A stretch of 64,000 bases of DNA, taken from positions 48,174,001 through 48,238,000 of the forward strand of contig OX597836.1 in assembly GCA_951406725.2 (NCBI GenBank). The letters are read 5' to 3'. A program made the position numbers and the translations under genes. Below are positions 58,621 through 64,000 of the stretch, one piece after another. The DNA comes from Octopus vulgaris. Its lineage: Eukaryota. Within the stretch, counting starts at the first letter, position 1; each line of letters begins with the position of its first letter. A model generated the notes under the pieces. The model ran no database searches, was not told the origin of the DNA, and was given only the letters and a program-made list of their open reading frames with translations.

Positions 58621-59432
58621 GAGTTAAATGCAGGCAGGTTTCCTCACCTGAACAATAACTTAGAGGAACTACTATTAACAATATTCTTGTTAAATATATA
58701 TCCTATACTAAAAAAAAAAAAGCATTATTAAACATATATCTGAATCATTATTGTTCGTATCTATAGAAAATCTAATGACTGTCTTCAAAGAAACCCGAAA
58801 TTAGTTACGGAGATCTTCATGTTTGATTTTCACGTATTTTTGTTTCGGGTGTTGACGAGGTATGACAGTCAATAATGACAAGGCAAATAGGCAATGTTTC
58901 GTTTGCAAATATATTTACTTAATGACATTATTACGACAGGAAATATTTAATTTGAATTTTAAAACTAATTTGTCAGTAAAATAACTTGGCTTTTGAGTAG
59001 AAACAAAATAATAAATTTTCTATCAGGTCGTTAAATTTAACAAACACATAAACTTAAAGAAACATGTATAGAATATATATATATTTACCTTAATGGTAAA
59101 TGTTTTCTTCTTGGAATCGTGGAGGACAGATTTCGATGCAAACAAACTTGTTTAAAATGGCGCGTAATCTGTTAATCTCTAACCAGGTTGCATGGACGTT
59201 TATTTATATCGTTTCTATATTCAACAAGTTTTTATTATTATTATGTTTTTAAAATGTTTACTGGGGCAAATAGGACTTATTTCACAAAAGGAAAGGTGTT
59301 TCAAAAGCTTAATTTTAAAAATATTATTTTATGAATATAATGTAATAAAGCTGGCCAATGGCGCGTAAACTGTTAATCTCTAACCCGGTTGCATGGACAT
59401 TTATTTATATCATTTCTATATTCAACAATTTT

Positions 59433-60222
59433 AGGATCTTTTCAACACAATTTCTAGTTAACGGCAGTTTTCAACACAATTTCTAGTTAACTAAACACTT
59501 TTGAACTTCGTATACTGGTAGAATGTGTTAAAACATCATTTTTTCTTGGCTTTATTGAGAAAATTCTATAGTTTGTAAGATATTTCCACTTTAAAATCGA
59601 GCATTTCGGCAATTTTAACCAATCAAATACGTCCATTTGGAGTGAAAACATACCGTGCTGTATGAATATGCCCCTCGTTTAAGAAACAGATTGGGTTTAT
59701 TTACATTTGCGAAGAAAAAAAGTTACCCTTCCCCCACCTCTAACCCTAACCCTAAAATAGATTGAAATGCAATAGATCGATACTAGGGTTATAATTATGG
59801 GTGACATTTTCATTTGACACCGCTAGAAAAAAAATCCCATTTTCCGTAGCGGTGTCGTATGAAATTATAACCCTAGTATCGATCTATTGCATTCCAATCT
59901 ATTTTAGGGTTAGGGTTATGGTTAGGGGGGGGAAGGGTATCTTTTTTCTTCGCAAATGTAAATAAACCCATTCTGTTTCTTAAACGAGGGACATATTCAT
60001 ACGGCACAGAATGTTTTTTTTACCTCAATGGACGTCATTGATTAGTTGAAATTGCAGAAATTGAAGAAAAAAACAACAAATATCTTACAAACTATAGAAT
60101 TTTCTCAAAAAAGCCAAGAGAGAAAGATGTTTTATAAACACATTCTTCCAGTATATGAAGTTAAAAATTTTTTAGTTACCTAAAAATTATGTTAAAAACT
60201 GCCGTTCAAACCAAAAGGACCC
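59433..60222. mobile_element. ~790-bp palindromic (foldback) element with internal TTAGGG repeats
   Basis: Arms pair around ~59835; CTAACCCTAACCCTAA at 59740-59755 and TTAGGGTTAGGGTTATGGTTAGGG at 59904-59927. Confidence 0.85.
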
Positions 60223-63200
60223 CTTATTTCACAAGATGAAAGGTTTTTAGAAAGATTAATTTTAAAAATATTATCTTATGAATATAATGTAATAAAGCTG
60301 GCCATTGTCATAATAAGATCGATCTCATCTTCCAAGGCAATAAGAGTGTAATGTAAATTTGAGGTAGATTGGAAGACGACACAACAGTCTTTGAATAGCG
60401 ATAAGCACTGTTATCAGCAACAAGGAATTTTTTCCGTTAAATATTGTTTTCTTCTGGAACCAGTGTTTGTGTCACTTCAAAATGCGATATTCTTGTGAAT
60501 AATTGCGAAGCTGAAGCAACCAGGTGCCCTTCCAAGTTTCATCAATAAGGCAGGTCCCTAACGAAGTCAAAAACCTCCCTATCAGTAATCCAGCACCCAC
60601 CAAAGTCTCAAAAGACATGGGCTAAAAAATATAATTTACCAACAAACTACGATATTTCAATGCTTCTTTTCTTTTTGCTACAGATGCAGTAAGTCCCACC
60701 TCTGTTACAACATTAAGGACATGCATGATCGCAAACCGGGGTGGGGGGAGAGGACTCAGAAAATTCACATCATCAGACCTTGACCTTTAAACTCCAGTGT
60801 TTGACCCAAGCAAAAAAAAAATTAAGAGAATTTGTTAGGTTGGTGGATAAGGATAGCATAGCGTGGCCTCATTTTAAACTGATTGGCTGCACAGGCTACA
60901 AATTTGGGATCTGCTCAATCAATTTACATAGGACCCACAGACAGGAACCCTGTTACTGGAAGTTTAATGTGTCCTTACTAGCATACAAAATCTACAGGGA
61001 CCAGATTAGGGAACTAGTTAAGTGGCAGTTGATGGCAGTTCTAGTTTGCCCTGAGTAAAATAGAATCAGTAGCTTTCAGAGAAGGGTTATCAATTGAAAG
61101 AAATAGATTGGAGGGAGAAGTAGTTAGCAAAGTAGAAGTGGCAGTTAATAAAGGAATCACAACAGACATTTTAGCAGAAGGAATGGTACTTGACCATTTC
61201 TTCAAGGTGAATCATGAAGGCTTTGTTGTCAGTGCTAAGGCCTGTGCACTCAAACACGAAGGAACTAAAACCATCCGATGGGCCTGGACAGTGGAGACAT
61301 GACATGGCAACAAAACTACAATCAGTCTTCGATGCACCAGGGTGGGCTCATGCTACTCAGTTCTGAGATGTGTGTGGCCTTCCAGAAGCACTTCACATGG
61401 CTGTTTGAGTTGGACAATGGGTCAATAACAGTGGCATACTTTATTTCGTACCTGGACAGCCTGCCTCAGCACTCAGCAGCAGACACAAGGTTCTACAAAA
61501 ATCCTTGGAAATATGGAAGGCAATGAACTATTGGTCTGCCCTATGAATTCTATGAGTTTGTGTCAGATTTGTTCGGCAACCTCATGACACACATATGCGT
61601 ATATTTCTGCATGTGTGTATGTGTTTACCTCCAGCCCCCAAAAAGAACTGTTGCCAAAGCAGGGTGACTGGATATGTCAATTCATCAGCCTCTACCCATC
61701 TGCATCTGATTGTCTCTCATTTCCAAGCAAGAAAATATTTTCTCTCAGCTTGGAGATATTTTCAAGGAAGATTACAAACAGACAACATCACTTGTATAAC
61801 AATAGTATCTAGTTTACTTGATACTATTGCAATGTCAAGAGAAAGTGACCGAACCAACACACACGTACGCACACACACACACATGTATGATGAGCTTCTT
61901 TTCAGTTTCCGTTTACCAGATCTACTGACAAGAGCTCGGTCAGCCCAGGGCTAGAGTAGAAGACACTTAGGCATCACACAGCCACACCTGCACGATAATG
62001 ATCATGATACTATGAAATGGTCTGAGGAGAAAGGGTTGATGCCTTCACTGGGAAGACTTCCAAGATTGATGGCCGGACACAAGAAGAGGAACCTACAAAT
62101 CAGGAGTTGCAGGCCATGTTTATATTGAGTTCTTCTCAGACCAAACACTGGTTCCAAATATGTGCAACAGGGCATCCTGTGCTAATGATACCCAAAGACC
62201 AACAGACAGATTATGTCTCCCAGCCATAACAAGGTACAGCCACAATCCTTCCAACTCAGTTTCCATCTTACAAGGCTTGAATTGACTTTATATCATGATA
62301 GAAGATATGATGAGGTGCAGGGTTAGCAGGATTGAACCCAGGACCTTGTGATTACAAAGCAATATTTTTAACCCACAAGACCAGGTTCACAACCATTTAC
62401 CTTTGATGTACTTTCATTACAACCGATGGTTGTAATGAAATGGTGATGGCGGTGGTGGTGGTGGTGGTGTAGTTGTCATTGGAATTATTATCATGATAAT
62501 TGGGATGTTGATGCTGAACCATTGAAACATGTGTGTGTGTATAAAGTATAAATTAACCAAGAGAAATATTGATTTTATGACAGAACACAGGTGGATTGAT
62601 TTGATATTATAGAATTTTCAACCTATTTTGTCAAATTGTTCATTTAAAAGAGGCTTTTATGAATTGTGTGTACATGTATGAAATATGAACATGTGGTCAC
62701 TCGTTTTCACTAAACATGTATTTTATGTATATTCTTCTGGTTTTATTTATTGAATTTCTCTCCAGTAAAAAGACTGTCGGCAGCCCAGAACCTAGTCTCT
62801 TTCATTGGTCTTGTGTGTCTGTGTATCTCCACTCATGTATGTATGTGTGTGTGCACGTATGTTTGCAGACAAACATAGCAATGTGTGTCAATTTATAGGT
62901 TTTGAGCTATTCATAGCTTCTATCTACAATCTGTAGCATGTAGGTATATATATCCGCATACTACAAACTGAATTTCTACAATGTTTTACATATTTTTTAT
63001 AGTTCCATTAATGGCTTCTAATTGTTACTTTTCTAATTAGCTTTGTTTGTTATTGTTTTGTGCAGCCCAGCTTTTTAAGAATGTTGCTCAGGTAGTTAGT
63101 CATATAACCAGGTGCCTTACTAATTGCAGGTATAAATCTGAAGTGATAGTCCAGGTGTTGTGTCTGCATATTTTTCATCTGTTCACCAAAGAGTTTTTCT

Positions 63201-64000
63201 GTTTGTGGTCGATGCCAGTACTGCCTGACTGGCCCATGTGCTGGTGGCATGGAAAAAGCACTCACTACACTCTTGGAGTGGTTGGCATTAGGAAGGGAAT
63301 CCAGCTGTAGAAGCTTTGCCAGATCACATTGGAGCATGGTGCAGCCTTCTGGCTCACCAGCCCTCAGTCAAATTGTCCAACCCATGCCAGCATGGAAAGC
63401 GGACGTTAAACAACGACGATGTTTGACTAGTATGATAGAAGTTATCCTTATCCAGTCAATTCCAATGTGTGTGTGTGTGTGTATGATACATAGATATGCT
63501 AAAGCAACTGAAGACTGTATCCCTTAGATTATCCAAGCTTTCTACTAATGGCAAATACTCAAATATTTCTTCATCTACTATATAACAAGCAATTTCCAGG
63601 TATCCTTCTTTGAATGTTAAAGCTGTAAAAATAAAGATAGGAACAATGGCTGGTAGATTCCACCCTTTATCTAGAAATGGTTACACTCAGAGCAAAAGCT
63701 TTCTTTTCTACAACCTTTTCTTTATCGTAATTCTGTTGAAATTCACTTTCCGTTTGAATTTTGAAAATAACAAAGTATTTTGTAAAATGACTCTGACATC
63801 ATTAGGTTGCGGTTTGGAACATAAATTAACGTGAAAAGTTGGTAGACAGAATTAATTTTGTTTACTTCAAAACAGTAAGTTTGTCTCATAGAACTGAAAA
63901 GGGGGCAGTCTCAGCATAGATATTCAAAAATAGCCCCTACTTTAAACTGCAGAACTGCCAATCTCAACCAGTGTAGTCAATGCTATGAATTGCATCACTG

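Noticed and set aside
59740-59927. Interstitial telomere or chromosome fusion site (opposed CCCTAA and TTAGGG tracts)
   Set aside because: Only 2-4 units, embedded symmetrically in the arms of a larger palindromic element, and oriented opposite to an end-to-end fusion
60741-61526. Three adjacent plus-strand ORFs as a third gene
   Set aside because: No recognisable domain or consistent splice pattern; more likely decayed retroelement sequence, but I could not assign it

Overview
AT-rich, repeat-dense eukaryotic DNA. The SINE, MITE and microsatellite content suggests a coleoid cephalopod such as Octopus (inference). I reconstructed two convergent multi-exon genes by hand from GT-AG sites and reading-frame phase. 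The first is the 3' part of an inter-alpha-trypsin inhibitor heavy chain (ITIH)-like gene on + (8 exons, 407-18560; VWA domain, GDPH motif, ITI-HC C-terminal domain). The second is an apparently complete POT1 (protection of telomeres 1) CDS on - (13 coding exons, 49753-20343, 572 aa), whose OB3 zinc site lacks the long HJRL insertion of human POT1. Introns and flanks hold tRNA-derived SINEs, RTE and Penelope fragments, mariner, hAT, piggyBac-like and Helitron-like elements, and a frameshifted Merlin/IS1595 transposase between ~630-bp inverted repeats. The most notable non-coding signal is in the 9-kb POT1 intron: two foldback elements whose arms carry minimal type-I hammerhead ribozyme motifs. 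One has a canonical CUGAAGA core; the other has a compensatory G3:C8 core (GUGAACA). A TTAGGG-bearing palindromic element lies upstream of the putative POT1 promoter. All calls are by eye; no database search was run.
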